A stretch of 64,000 nt of DNA from Dehalococcoidia bacterium (GCA_965205185.1 OZ242043.1:661584-725583); one strand, 5' to 3'. Positions 43,041 to 52,822 are shown, counted from the first letter of the stretch. Notes: generated by a model from the sequence alone, not told the origin. Translations and numbers: made by a program.

Positions 43041-44456
43041 ATGGACCAGAGGGATCTTCCTTTTTTGAGCGCGGCGGAGTTGGGGCGGTTGATTGAGTTG
43101 CGGGAGGTGTCGCCGGTGGCGGCGGCGGAGGCGTATCTGGAGCGGATTGCGGCGGTGGATGGGCGGCTTTGTTCGTATATCACGGTTACGGGGGATTATG
43201 CGCTGGCGGAGGCGCGGGAGGCGGAGGCGGAAATCGCGGGCGGGGTTTACCGGGGGCCGTTGCATGGGGTGCCGGTGGCGGTGAAGGATCAGTTTTATAC
43301 CGCGGGGATTCGCACTACCGGGGGTTCGGCGATTCTGCGGGATTTCGTGCCGGGGGAGGATGCTACGGTGATGGCGCGGCTGAAAGCGGCGGGGGCGGTT
43401 TTGCTGGGCAAGCTGAATATGAGCGAGTTCGCGATGGCGGACATTTATGATCATGCTTACGGGACGCCGCGCAATCCGTGGGATTTGGCGCGGAATCCGG
43501 GGACTTCCAGCAGCGGTTGCGGGGCGGCGACGGCGGCGTTTTTGTGCGCGACTTCGCTGGGGGAGGATACGGGGGGGTCGATTCGGGGGCCGGCTAATTT
43601 CAGCGGGCTGGTGGGGCTGCGGCCTACTTATGGGCGGGTCAGCCGGTATGGGGTGATGGGGGGTTCGTGGTCGATGGATACGGTGGGGCCGATTGCGCGG
43701 ACGGTGGAGGATGCGGCGATCACTTTGCAGGCGATCGCGGGTTACGATGCCAAGGATCCGTATACGCGGGATGTGCCGGTTCCCGATTACCGGGCGGCAC
43801 TGGGGGGCGATTTGGCCGGGCTGCGGGTGGGGGTGGTGCGGGAGCGGATGGATGCGCCGAATCTGGATCCGGAGATGCGGGATGCAGTGGGGGCGGCGGC
43901 GGGGCTGCTGGGGGAGTTGGGGGCGGAGGTGCGGGAGGTGTCGATTCCGCTGGCGCCGGCGGCGGGGGCGGTTACGATGGCGATTATCGGGGTGGAGTGG
44001 GCCGGGCTGCATCGGGAGGTGTTTGAGGCTAATTGGGGGTTGATGGATCATAATAACCGGATCCGGTTTCTTACCGGGGGGGTGATTCCGGCGCAGGCGT
44101 ATGCCAAGGCGCAGAAGCTGCGGGCGTTGTTGCGGGGGCAGGTTTTGAGGGCGCTGGAGGAGGTGGATGCGCTGGTGTTGCCCAGCGGGGTGGGGCCGGC
44201 GCCGTTGGTGGAAAGCGCTCCGGGGGTGGCGAGTAAGGAGGCGGCTTTGGCGGGGTTGAATGCCCGGATCAGTTTTACGGGGGCGTTTAATTTGGCGGGG
44301 GTGCCGGCGGTGTCGGTGCCTTGCGGGTTTACGGGGTCGGGGCTGCCGTTGGGGTTGCAGGTGGCGGGGCGGCCGTTCGGGGAGGAGACTTTGCTGCGGG
44401 TGGGGCACGCTTACGAGCGGGCGGCGGGGTGGTATGCTAGGCGGCCTGATGTATAA
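43041..44456 (+). CDS. amidase-signature family amidase
   Basis: ATG at 43041 (MDQRDLPF). It has GVPVAVKD and GTSSSGCGAATAAF..GEDTGGSIRGPA. Confidence 0.9.
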   Translation: MDQRDLPFLSAAELGRLIELREVSPVAAAEAYLERIAAVDGRLCSYITVTGDYALAEAREAEAEIAGGVYRGPLHGVPVAVKDQFYTAGIRTTGGSAILRDFVPGEDATVMARLKAAGAVLLGKLNMSEFAMADIYDHAYGTPRNPWDLARNPGTSSSGCGAATAAFLCATSLGEDTGGSIRGPANFSGLVGLRPTYGRVSRYGVMGGSWSMDTVGPIARTVEDAAITLQAIAGYDAKDPYTRDVPVPDYRAALGGDLAGLRVGVVRERMDAPNLDPEMRDAVGAAAGLLGELGAEVREVSIPLAPAAGAVTMAIIGVEWAGLHREVFEANWGLMDHNNRIRFLTGGVIPAQAYAKAQKLRALLRGQVLRALEEVDALVLPSGVGPAPLVESAPGVASKEAALAGLNARISFTGAFNLAGVPAVSVPCGFTGSGLPLGLQVAGRPFGEETLLRVGHAYERAAGWYARRPDV

Positions 44457-44597
44457 TGGCGGCGCGGGAGTTCTGAATGGATATTTTGCTGGCGCATTTC
44501 ACACTGGCAATGGTCTCGGATGACTACGGGCATTCGTTGACTGACTGGCAAGAACAGGCATTGGAGACGGTTATCGTTGCGAAGGAGGAAGGATAGT

Positions 44598-44954
44598 ATG
44601 ACACCCGGCAAGTATTTTCGTGCCTGGGAAATTTGGCCCATCCTTGTTGACAGGGCGTTAAGGCGGGAGACCATTACATACGGGGAATTGGCGGGATCAA
44701 TTGGCATTCCCGGGGCGGCTCATGGTATGGGAGAGTATCTTAATCCCATCATGTGGTATTGCGCCAACCATGGATTGCCTCCCCTTACGGCGGTCGTGGT
44801 CAACCAAGATACTGGCCGGCCCGGCGAGGGATTGATCACAGTCAATCAAGAAAACATTGATGCAGAGTGGGAATCTGTTTTTCGATATGACTGGCGCGGT
44901 GTATATCAACCTACACCGGAAGAGTTAAAGCGAGAGGAAGATCGTTTTAGCTGA
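44598..44954 (+). CDS. hypothetical protein (118 aa), lower GC
   Basis: ATG at 44598 after AAGGAGGAAGG. TYGELAGSIG..GLPPLTAVVVNQDTGRPG faintly resembles MGMT/Atl-type winged-helix proteins, but I could not confirm this. Confidence 0.45.
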   Translation: MTPGKYFRAWEIWPILVDRALRRETITYGELAGSIGIPGAAHGMGEYLNPIMWYCANHGLPPLTAVVVNQDTGRPGEGLITVNQENIDAEWESVFRYDWRGVYQPTPEELKREEDRFS

Positions 44955-45008
44955 AAATCCCCAGCGGATTATCCCAGATCGCCTGTTTGGTGTTGGTTGG
45001 TGGGGGTT

Positions 45009-45048
45009 CACCCCCACCCTAACCTTCCCCCTTAGGGGGAGGGGATTA
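45009..45048. repeat. family-1 palindromic element
   Basis: CACCCCCACCCTAACCTTCCCCCTTAGGGGGAGGGGATTA, in terminator orientation for the upstream plus-strand gene. Confidence 0.85.
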
Positions 45049-45116
45049 TGGAGCGAAATGGACGAAGCCCCCGGTGTTATCCGCCGGGGGCTTGCCGTTG
45101 GGTTCCGTTGCGGGGG

Positions 45117-46343
45117 TTAGGCGTTGGTGGTTATGGGCATTTGTTTTATGGAGCGGAAGGTTATGCTGGGTTCGTAGTCCATTTCGGTTTGGGTTAGTTC
45201 CATGTCGGGGTAGCGTTGGGCTAGTTCGCGGAAGACTTCTTGGCCTTCGACGCGGGCGATGGTGGCGCCGAGGCAGTGGTGGATGCCGGCGCCGAAGGCT
45301 ACGTGGGGGTTGGGCCAGCGGGTGATGTCCATTTCGTCGGGGCGGTCGAATTTTTGGGGGTCGCGGTTGGCGGAGGGGATGAACCAGCGGATGCGGTCTT
45401 TTTCGCGGATTAGTTTGCCGCGCATTTCGATGTCTTGGGAGGCGAGGCGCTGGATCGATTTTACCGGGGGGTCGTAGCGGAGGGCTTCCTCGGTGGCGCG
45501 GACCATCATACCTTGGGGGTCGGCTTTGAGGATTTCCCATTGGTCGGGGTTGCGCATAAAGGACAGGGTGCCGTTGCAGATTAGGTTGATGGTGGTTTCG
45601 TGGCCGGCGAGGAGGAGGAGGGAGGTGTTGACTAGGACTTGCTCGCGGGTGAATACGCCGGCTTTTTCGCCGCCGGCGAGGACGGAGATGAAGTCGTCGC
45701 CGGGGTTGACGATGCGCTCGTCGACCATGGGGTTGACGTACTCGAGCATTCCTTCCATGCCTTCGACCAGTTTGGGGAGGCGGTCGGCTTCGCCGCGGGC
45801 GATGTTGAGGAGTTTTTCGGCGAGCATCCGGATGTGGGGGCGGTCGGCTTTGGGGACGCCCATCATTTCGGCGATGACGAGGACGGGGAGGGGGGTGGCG
45901 AGGTCGCGCATCAGGTCGAAGTCGGGTTTTTGTTCGGCGGCGTCGAGGAGTTCGTTGATGGCGTTTTGGACTAGGGGGCGCCATTCCTCCATAGATTTGG
46001 GGGTGAAGTAGGCGTGGACGACTTTGCGCATTTGGAGGTGGTCGGGGCGGTCGTATTGGATGAATTGTTTGCCTTGGTAGTTGCGGACGAATTCGTAGAG
46101 TTCGTTATCGGATTCGTTGACGGCGGGGTAAGGGCCGCGGGGGTCGTTGAGCCAGACGGCGCTGGAGAAGAGTTCGTGGTTGCGGGTGAGCCAGACGAGG
46201 TCGTCGTGGCGAGTGATGACCCAGAGTTCGTAGAGTTCGTTCCAGTGGACGGGGTCTTGGTCGCGGAGGTTGCCGTAGTAGGTGTAGGGGTCGTGCATGA
46301 TTTCGGGGGCGAACATATTGTCGTTGAAGGTGGTCGTTACCAT
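45117..46343 (-). CDS. cytochrome P450
   Basis: 408 aa with the heme loop FGAGIHHCLGATIA, the I-helix LLLAGHETT and ExxR. Confidence 0.9.
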   Translation of the reverse strand: MVTTTFNDNMFAPEIMHDPYTYYGNLRDQDPVHWNELYELWVITRHDDLVWLTRNHELFSSAVWLNDPRGPYPAVNESDNELYEFVRNYQGKQFIQYDRPDHLQMRKVVHAYFTPKSMEEWRPLVQNAINELLDAAEQKPDFDLMRDLATPLPVLVIAEMMGVPKADRPHIRMLAEKLLNIARGEADRLPKLVEGMEGMLEYVNPMVDERIVNPGDDFISVLAGGEKAGVFTREQVLVNTSLLLLAGHETTINLICNGTLSFMRNPDQWEILKADPQGMMVRATEEALRYDPPVKSIQRLASQDIEMRGKLIREKDRIRWFIPSANRDPQKFDRPDEMDITRWPNPHVAFGAGIHHCLGATIARVEGQEVFRELAQRYPDMELTQTEMDYEPSITFRSIKQMPITTNA

Positions 46344-46373
46344 AGTTTCACCTGCGCGGTGGGATTTTGAGGG

Positions 46374-46402
46374 AATTTAGGGGAATGGGGCGGGGTTGTC
46401 AA
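46374..46402 (-). promoter_or_regulatory. P450 promoter
   Basis: On the minus strand: TTGACA (46402-46397), a 17-nt spacer and TAAATT (46379-46374). Confidence 0.5.
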
Positions 46403-46797
46403 GGGGTTGGGGGCGGGTTGTTGTTGCCGTGGCCGTAGCCGTTGCGCTCGAGTTCCTCGATGCGGCGGCGGAGTTCCTGGTTTTCGCGGCGGTAGTCGTC
46501 GGCTTCGCGGCGGGACTCATTGGCTTCGCGGCGGGACTCGTCGGCTTCGCGGCGGTAGCCGTCGGCTTCGCGGCGGGACTCATAGGCTTCGCGCTCTTTT
46601 TCCTGGAGTTTGCGTTCCATTCCTTTTTTGTCGAACAGTTCGAGGATCATTTTGGAACCTCCGAAGGTGGGTATGGCCAGGGCGGCGAGGCGGGACAGGA
46701 AGGGGTCGGGGATCATGGTGTCGGCCGCGGCGGTGGCGGTTATCGTGGCGGCGGCGAATAGGGCGTATTTCCACCATTGGGTGATCCATTGTAGCAT
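46399..46797 (-). CDS. small membrane-anchored coiled-coil protein with 7-aa (21-bp) tandem repeats
   Basis: N-terminal hydrophobic segment. ESRREAD-type heptads are repeated about 5 times (EAYESRREADGYRREADESRREANESRREADDYRRE). Confidence 0.5.
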   Translation of the reverse strand: MLQWITQWWKYALFAAATITATAAADTMIPDPFLSRLAALAIPTFGGSKMILELFDKKGMERKLQEKEREAYESRREADGYRREADESRREANESRREADDYRRENQELRRRIEELERNGYGHGNNNPPPTP

Positions 46798-46886
46798 TTT
46801 CTTTCGCTTGCGTTGTTATTTTAGCATTTTTTGCGGGGGTGGGGGGTTGTATCCGGCGGCTACGGGGTGGGGGCGGCGGGTTTTGC

Positions 46887-48569
46887 TTAGGAACCGGACG
46901 CCAACGTCCGCCACATTTCATAGTCGGCTTGGGCTTTTTCGCGATTGCCGATGGCGGCGTGGGATATGCTGCGAGATTGGTAGGCCCTGGCGTAGTTTGG
47001 GTTGAGGGTTAGGGCCTGGTCGAGGTCGGCGATGGCGTTGCGGTGCTGGCCGCGGTGCTGGTGGATGCGGCCGCGGTCGCACCACGCGAGGTGGTCGCTG
47101 GGGTTGATGTTGATGGTTCGGGTGTAGTCGGCGTCGGCGGCTAGGTAGTCGCCGAGGGCGAAGTGGGCGCGGGCGCGGTCGTAGGGGATTTCTGGGTTGT
47201 CGGGGGTTAGGGCGAGGGCTTGGGTTAGGTCGGCTAAAGCGCGGTCGTAGTCTTGGCGGTCGTCCAGGTAGTGGAGGCCGCGAGTGTGCCAGACGTCCGG
47301 GTCTTGGGGGTTTTCCTCGATGGCTTGGTCGTATTCGGTGGTGGTGTCGCGGAGGCGGGTGGCGGTTTCGAGCTTTTCGCGGGCATCCGTGTCGTCCGGG
47401 TTTAGTTCTAGAGCTTTAGAATAATCGGCGATGGCATGGTCATATTCCTCTTTGTTGGCGTAGACGTTGCCGCGGTTGTTGTAGGCAATCGCAAAGTTCT
47501 GGTCGAGTTCCAGGGTTTTGGTGTAATCGGCGATGGCCTGGTCATACTCCCCTTTGTCGTCGTAGGCGACGCCACGGTTGTTGTAGGCAGCCGCATAGTC
47601 CGGGTCGAGTTCCAGGGCTTTGGAGTAATCGGCGATGGCCTGGTCATACTCCCCTTTTCCGGCGTAGGCATTGCCACGGTTGTTGTAGGCCGCTGCATCG
47701 TCCGGGTTTAGCTCCAAGGCTTTGGAGTAATCGGCGATGGCCTGGTCATACTCCCCTTTTCCGGCGTATGCGTTGCCACGGTTGTTGTAGGCAGCCGCAT
47801 CGTCCGGGTTTAGTTCCAGGGCTTTGGAGTAATCGGCGATGGCTTGGTCATACTCCCCTTTTTCGGCGTAGGCGTAGCCCCGCAATGCGTAGGCCACCGC
47901 ATCGTCCGGGTTTAGTTTCAGGGCTTTGGCGTAATCGGCGATGGCTTGGTCATACTCCCCTTTTCTGGCGTAGGCGAGGCCACGGTTGAAGTAGGCCACC
48001 GCATCGTCCGGGTTTAGTTCCAAGGCTTTGGTGTAATCAGCGATGGCTTGGGCATACTCCCCTTTTCTGGCGTAGGCGAGGCCACGGTTGTGGTAGGCAT
48101 CCACATAGTCTGGGTTTAGTTCCAGGGCTTTGGAGTAATCGGCGATGGCCTGGTCATACTCCCCTTTTCTGGCGTAGGCGAGGCCACGGTTGAAGTAGGC
48201 CGCCGCATCGTCCGGGTCGAGTTTCAGGGCTTTGGTGTAATCGTCGATGGCCTGGTCATACTCCCCTTTGTTATGGTAGGCGATGCCCCGGCCTGCGTAG
48301 GCAGCCGCATAGTCCGGGTTTAGTTCCAAGGCTTTGGCGAAATCGGCGATGGCTTGGTCATACCCCCCTTTGTTATGGTAGGCGATGCCCCGGCTTGCGT
48401 AGGCAGACGCATTGTCTGGGTTTAGTTCCAAGGCTTTGGCGAAATCGGCGATGGCTTGGTCATACTCCTCTTTGTTACGGTAGGCGATGCCACGGCTGAC
48501 GTAGGCTTCTGGCGCAATGTCCTGGTCTAGTTCCAGGGGCTTTGGTGTAATCGGCGATGGCTTGGCCAT
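46887..48569 (-). CDS. TPR-repeat protein segment (3' part of a frameshifted HEPN-TPR gene)
   Basis: 560 aa consisting almost entirely of 34-aa TPR units (AYxNRGxAYxxKGEYDQAIADYxKALELNPDD). Its 5' end overlaps the upstream ORF in another frame. Confidence 0.8.
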   Translation of the reverse strand: MAKPSPITPKPLELDQDIAPEAYVSRGIAYRNKEEYDQAIADFAKALELNPDNASAYASRGIAYHNKGGYDQAIADFAKALELNPDYAAAYAGRGIAYHNKGEYDQAIDDYTKALKLDPDDAAAYFNRGLAYARKGEYDQAIADYSKALELNPDYVDAYHNRGLAYARKGEYAQAIADYTKALELNPDDAVAYFNRGLAYARKGEYDQAIADYAKALKLNPDDAVAYALRGYAYAEKGEYDQAIADYSKALELNPDDAAAYNNRGNAYAGKGEYDQAIADYSKALELNPDDAAAYNNRGNAYAGKGEYDQAIADYSKALELDPDYAAAYNNRGVAYDDKGEYDQAIADYTKTLELDQNFAIAYNNRGNVYANKEEYDHAIADYSKALELNPDDTDAREKLETATRLRDTTTEYDQAIEENPQDPDVWHTRGLHYLDDRQDYDRALADLTQALALTPDNPEIPYDRARAHFALGDYLAADADYTRTININPSDHLAWCDRGRIHQHRGQHRNAIADLDQALTLNPNYARAYQSRSISHAAIGNREKAQADYEMWRTLASGS

Positions 48570-49947
48570 ACTCTCCTTTGTCGGCGTAGACGTTGCCCCG
48601 CAATGCGTAGGCTACCGCATTGTCTGGGTTTAGTTCCAAGGCTTTGGCGAAATCGGCGATGGCCTGGTCATACTCTCCTTTGTCGGCGTAGACGTTGCCC
48701 CGCAATGCGTAGGCTGCCGCATTGTCCGGGTTTAGTTCCAAGGCTTTGGAGCAGTCGGACATGGCCTGGTCATACTCCCTTTTTGCGGCGTAGGCAGCAC
48801 CACGGTTGTTGTAGAAGACCGTAGCATCGTCCGGGTTTAGTTCCAAGACTTTGGAGAAATCAGCGATGGCTTGGTCATACTCCCTTTTTCCGGCATAGGA
48901 GATGCCACGGCTATTGTAGGCATCCACATCGTCCGGGTTTAGTTCCAGGGCTTTGGAGAAATCAGCGATGGCTTGGTCATACTCCCTTTTGTTTCCATAG
49001 ACATTGCCCCGGTTGTAGTAGGCATCTGCATATTCAGGGTTTAGTTCCAAGGTTTTGGAGAAATCGGCGATGGCCTGGTCATACTCCCCTTTTCTGGCAT
49101 AGGCTTTGCCCCGGTTATTGTAGGCAACTACCAAGGAAGGATTCATTTCCGCAGAAATGTTGGGGCTAAGTTCCAAAGCCTGGCTGTAATAATATATAGA
49201 CTGGTCAAAGTCGCTTTCGTCAAAAGCGGCATTGCCCAAGTTCACGAAATATTCCGGTTGCCTGATGTTCAGGTCGAAGGGTGTGGTGGTGTCTGTATTG
49301 GCGGGAGCGGCGGATGCAGGGGTGGTGATATTGGGTTGGGGGGCAGGCGACGGGGGTGTAGCGGGGGCGAGCGGGGGGATTTCCGGCTGGGCACTGGGGT
49401 GTGGGATTAGGAGTTCAGACAACTGGCGACGCTCTGTTTCAAGTTTCTGGAACTGCTGTAGTAGTTCGGCGTATACGTTGGTGGGTTGTTGGCGTACCGG
49501 TGTACCAAGAGCGCCAATCAGCGGGAGGAGTTTGTCATACATTTGTTGGACTGAATCCGCTTGTGCAGGAGCAGAAATGGCTCTGAGCAATTCCACGATT
49601 CTGTACAAGTTTTGGAGGACGTCGTTGTCGTTGTATCCCTCAAGGCTCTGGTGCGCCCATGCGTTGCGGAACTTGCGGAGTTGATTTACCAATCCCCGAC
49701 CGTCGTGGTCTAGCTCGGCTTGAAAATAACTATCCCAAATTCCGCGTTTCCGAAGGCCGCCTTCCAGAGGGCCACGTTCCAGCATTTTTGACAGGATGGT
49801 AGAGACGTCGCGGGTTTCCTTTAGCGAATCGTCGTTGATTTTACCGGCTACATAAGGGCCCAACTCCTCGCCCAAGCGGCGCCAGGCACGGTTTATGTAG
49901 AATTCGGATTCCAGCAGTTGGGGTTCCTTTCGTTCAGGGGTGGGCAT
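48475..49947 (-). CDS. Swt1-like HEPN domain + TPR repeats (5' part of the frameshifted gene)
   Basis: N-terminal LVNQLRKFRNAWAHQS (the R-x4-H HEPN motif in Swt1-like context). A linker and identical-type TPR units follow, up to the frameshift at 48536-48539. Confidence 0.75.
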   Translation of the reverse strand: MPTPERKEPQLLESEFYINRAWRRLGEELGPYVAGKINDDSLKETRDVSTILSKMLERGPLEGGLRKRGIWDSYFQAELDHDGRGLVNQLRKFRNAWAHQSLEGYNDNDVLQNLYRIVELLRAISAPAQADSVQQMYDKLLPLIGALGTPVRQQPTNVYAELLQQFQKLETERRQLSELLIPHPSAQPEIPPLAPATPPSPAPQPNITTPASAAPANTDTTTPFDLNIRQPEYFVNLGNAAFDESDFDQSIYYYSQALELSPNISAEMNPSLVVAYNNRGKAYARKGEYDQAIADFSKTLELNPEYADAYYNRGNVYGNKREYDQAIADFSKALELNPDDVDAYNSRGISYAGKREYDQAIADFSKVLELNPDDATVFYNNRGAAYAAKREYDQAMSDCSKALELNPDNAAAYALRGNVYADKGEYDQAIADFAKALELNPDNAVAYALRGNVYADKGEYGQAIADYTKAPGTRPGHCARSLRQPWHRLP

Positions 49948-50163
49948 ATTGGCTCTCCTCTGTTGCGGTCTTGGGGTAGCGGGCGGAGATTGAGGCTATT
50001 GTAGCATGGGGGGGTGGGGAGGCGCAAGAGGTTGGGCGCACGGCTGTGCGCCCCTACGGGGTGGGGGGTGAGGCAGCGTTGGGGTTTGCGGTTTGGGGTG
50101 GGGTGGGGCATAATGGGGGCGTTGGGGGGTTGGGGGTTGGGATTTTTTGTTGGGGGTTTGGTT

Positions 50164-51465
50164 ATGCGGGTTTTGTTGGTGGCTACTAACCGGCAGGGGC
50201 GGATGAATGAGCGGATGAATGCGCAGCCTTTGCCGCTGGGGTTGGCGTATATTGCGGGGTATTTGGATCGGGAGCGGCATTCGGTGCGGGTGGTTGATTT
50301 GATGTTTGCGGAGGATTATCTGGGGGAGATCGAGGGGGTGGTGCGGGATTTCCGGCCGGAGGTGGTGGGGATTTCGTTGCGGAATTTGAGTAATCACAGT
50401 TTGCTTAATACGGAGTGGGCGCTGCCGGTTACGCGGGAGGTGATTGGGCGGATCCGGGAACATAGCGGGGCGACGATCATTGTGGGGGGGCCGGCTTTCA
50501 GTCTGTTGCCGAAGCAGTGTTTTGAGTTTTTGGGGCCGGATTTGGGGGTGGCCGGGGATGCAGGGGAGACTTTCGCGGAGATTTGCGACCGGCTGGAGGA
50601 CGGGGAGCGGGGGGTGTCGGATTTGCCGGGGGTGGTGCATCGGGGGCGGGACGGGGCGGTGGCGCTGAATGAGGGGCTTTGTTTGTCGGCTTTCGCCAGC
50701 CGTCCGCGGCTGGAGGATTTGGAGATGGATAAGTACCGGAATGCGGGGTTCGGGGTGGGGGTGCTGACGAAGCTGGGGAGTTTTTCGTATCCGACGCCGG
50801 CGTCGGCGGCGGGGATGACGGAGGGGGATTACCGGGTGATTCGTCCGGTGGATGAGGTGGTGTCGGAGGTGCGGGAGGTTTGGGAGCGGTATGGGCTGCG
50901 GAAGGTGTTTTTTGTGGATAACGGGTTTAATTTGCCGCTGGATCAGGCGAAGTCGCTGTGCCGCGCTTTGATTGAGGCGGATTTGGGGGTGCGGTGGAAT
51001 ACCTGCTTGGCGTCTTTCGGGTGCGATGCGGAGTTGGTGCGGTTGATGCGGGAGGCGGGTTGCGCGTTGGTGTTGCTGGGGAATCGGGGCGGGGATCCGC
51101 ATGACGGGCTGGGGGGGTTGGGGGATGGGCTGGAGGCGCAGTTGGAGGTGCCGCGGCTGTGCGAGGAGGGGGGGCTGCATTATACGGTGGCGCGGACTTT
51201 CGGGGAGCCGGGGGAGACGCGGGAGTCGGTGGAGGGGAAGCTGGAGTTTTTGCGGCGGATTCGGCCGGCGCTGGCGAATTTGCGGGTGGGGGTTAGCGTG
51301 ATGCCGGGGACGAGGGAGGCGGGGCTGGCGCTGGAGGAGGGGCTGATTGCGGATGAGAGCGAGCTGATTTCGCCTACTTTTTATGTGGCGGAGGGGGTGC
51401 GGGATTGGATTGTTCCTTATCTGCGGGAGCAGGCGGCGGGGAATCCGCGCTGGAATTTGTGGTAG
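50164..51465 (+). CDS. B12-binding-domain / radical-SAM-like protein lacking the CxxxCxxC cluster motif
   Basis: ATG at 50164 (MRVLLVATN..PLGLAYIAGYLD..VRVVDL), a B12-binding-like N-domain. The TIM-barrel-like remainder has LTKLGSFSYPTP where RGCxxxCxFC is expected. Confidence 0.65.
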   Translation: MRVLLVATNRQGRMNERMNAQPLPLGLAYIAGYLDRERHSVRVVDLMFAEDYLGEIEGVVRDFRPEVVGISLRNLSNHSLLNTEWALPVTREVIGRIREHSGATIIVGGPAFSLLPKQCFEFLGPDLGVAGDAGETFAEICDRLEDGERGVSDLPGVVHRGRDGAVALNEGLCLSAFASRPRLEDLEMDKYRNAGFGVGVLTKLGSFSYPTPASAAGMTEGDYRVIRPVDEVVSEVREVWERYGLRKVFFVDNGFNLPLDQAKSLCRALIEADLGVRWNTCLASFGCDAELVRLMREAGCALVLLGNRGGDPHDGLGGLGDGLEAQLEVPRLCEEGGLHYTVARTFGEPGETRESVEGKLEFLRRIRPALANLRVGVSVMPGTREAGLALEEGLIADESELISPTFYVAEGVRDWIVPYLREQAAGNPRWNLW

Positions 51466-51536
51466 GCGGGGCGGGGCGGCGGGGTTTCGTTGGGGGCGCT
51501 TGAGTTTCACCGGGGGCGCGGTTTTTGCGCCCCTTT

Positions 51537-52454
51537 TTAGTTGGGGGGTTCGGCGTTGGCATCGGCGGCTAGGGCGGTTTGCATGGCTTGGATGGCTACT
51601 TCGATTTGGGCGTCGTCGGGCTGGCGGGTGGTTAGGCGCTGGAGCCATAGTCCGGGGGCGGCGAGGGTTTTGCCGATGATGGCGGTTTGATGACGGCCGC
51701 TGAAGCGGATGATTTCGTAGCTTAGGGCGGCTATGGCGGGGAGGAGTAGGATGCGGGAGGCGATGCGCCACCACCAGGATAGGTCGAGGAGGGAAAAGGC
51801 GATGAATACGGCGATGGATACTACGATTACGGTTAGGAGGAAGGCGGTGCCGCAACGGGGGTGGGGGGTGCCGAAGCGGCGGACGTTGGGGATGTTAAGG
51901 GGGAGGCCGGCTTCGTGGGCGTGGACGGTCATGTGTTCGGCGCCGTGGTAGGCGTAGACGCGGCGGATGTCGGGCATTAGGCCGATGGCGGTGATGTAGG
52001 CGATGAGGATGGTTAGGCGTAGGAGGCCCTCGATGGTTTCGCTGAGGAGGCCGGCGCCGATGATCGGCTCTAGCAGGCGGACTATGCCTATGGGGAGGAG
52101 GAAGAATAGGCCGATGCCGAATATCAGGGAAAAGGCTAGGGTGGAGGCGAGGATCCAGCCGGGGATGTTTTGGCCGTCGGGTTTGTTTTGCTGGGGGTCG
52201 GCGGCGGCGAGGTCGGCGGATATTTGGAGGGTTTTTATGCCGAGGATGAGGGTTTCGAGGAGGGTTAGGACGCCGCGGGTTAGGGGGATGCGGCGCAGGG
52301 GGCCGTTGTAGAGGGGGTTGAGGGGTTCTTGGCGGCGTTCTATGGTGCCGTCCTGGCGGCGGACGGCGAGGCTGAAGTGGCTCCGGCCGCGGATCATTAC
52401 TCCTTCGATTACGGCTTGTCCGCCGTATAGGTGGGGGGGCGGCTGGTTTGGCAA
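51537..52454 (-). CDS. DUF1385 (YqhQ-like) membrane protein
   Basis: YGGQAVIEGVMIRG at the N-terminus and YHGAEHM. Polytopic. The rpmE neighbourhood is typical for this family. Confidence 0.85.
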   Translation of the reverse strand: MPNQPPPHLYGGQAVIEGVMIRGRSHFSLAVRRQDGTIERRQEPLNPLYNGPLRRIPLTRGVLTLLETLILGIKTLQISADLAAADPQQNKPDGQNIPGWILASTLAFSLIFGIGLFFLLPIGIVRLLEPIIGAGLLSETIEGLLRLTILIAYITAIGLMPDIRRVYAYHGAEHMTVHAHEAGLPLNIPNVRRFGTPHPRCGTAFLLTVIVVSIAVFIAFSLLDLSWWWRIASRILLLPAIAALSYEIIRFSGRHQTAIIGKTLAAPGLWLQRLTTRQPDDAQIEVAIQAMQTALAADANAEPPN

Positions 52455-52542
52455 GGGCGCCTCGGGGGTGGAGGATTGAGGGGATGGGCGGGTTGGGGTT
52501 GCGCCTTTACCCGGCCCTATCCCGTGGGAGAGAGGGTTTTTT

Positions 52543-52743
52543 TTAGCGGCGGTTGAAGCGGCGGTTGAACCTTTCGATGCGGCCTTGGGTGTCTACGATG
52601 CGCTGTTCGCCGGTGTAGAAGGGGTGGCATTGGCTGCATATTTCGACGCGGAGGGCGGGTTTGGTGGCGCCGGTTTGGAAGGTGTGGCCGCAGGAGCAGG
52701 TTACGGTGGCGTTGTAGAAGCGGGGGTGGATGTCGGTTTTCAT
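52543..52743 (-). CDS. rpmE: 50S ribosomal protein L31
   Basis: [27 protein letters not shown]. Confidence 0.95.
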   Translation of the reverse strand: MKTDIHPRFYNATVTCSCGHTFQTGATKPALRVEICSQCHPFYTGEQRIVDTQGRIERFNRRFNRR

Positions 52744-52822
52744 GGCGAGGGCGGCTTCCTTATTGGAGTTGGGGCGGTATTTGAGTCGGGCAATATTTTG
52801 AGTTGGGGCAACGGGGTTTGCT

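Noticed and set aside
44476-44523. A possible small ORF upstream of 44598..44954
   Set aside because: Careful re-reading shows a TGA after 15 codons. The apparent 39-aa reading came from dropping one base.
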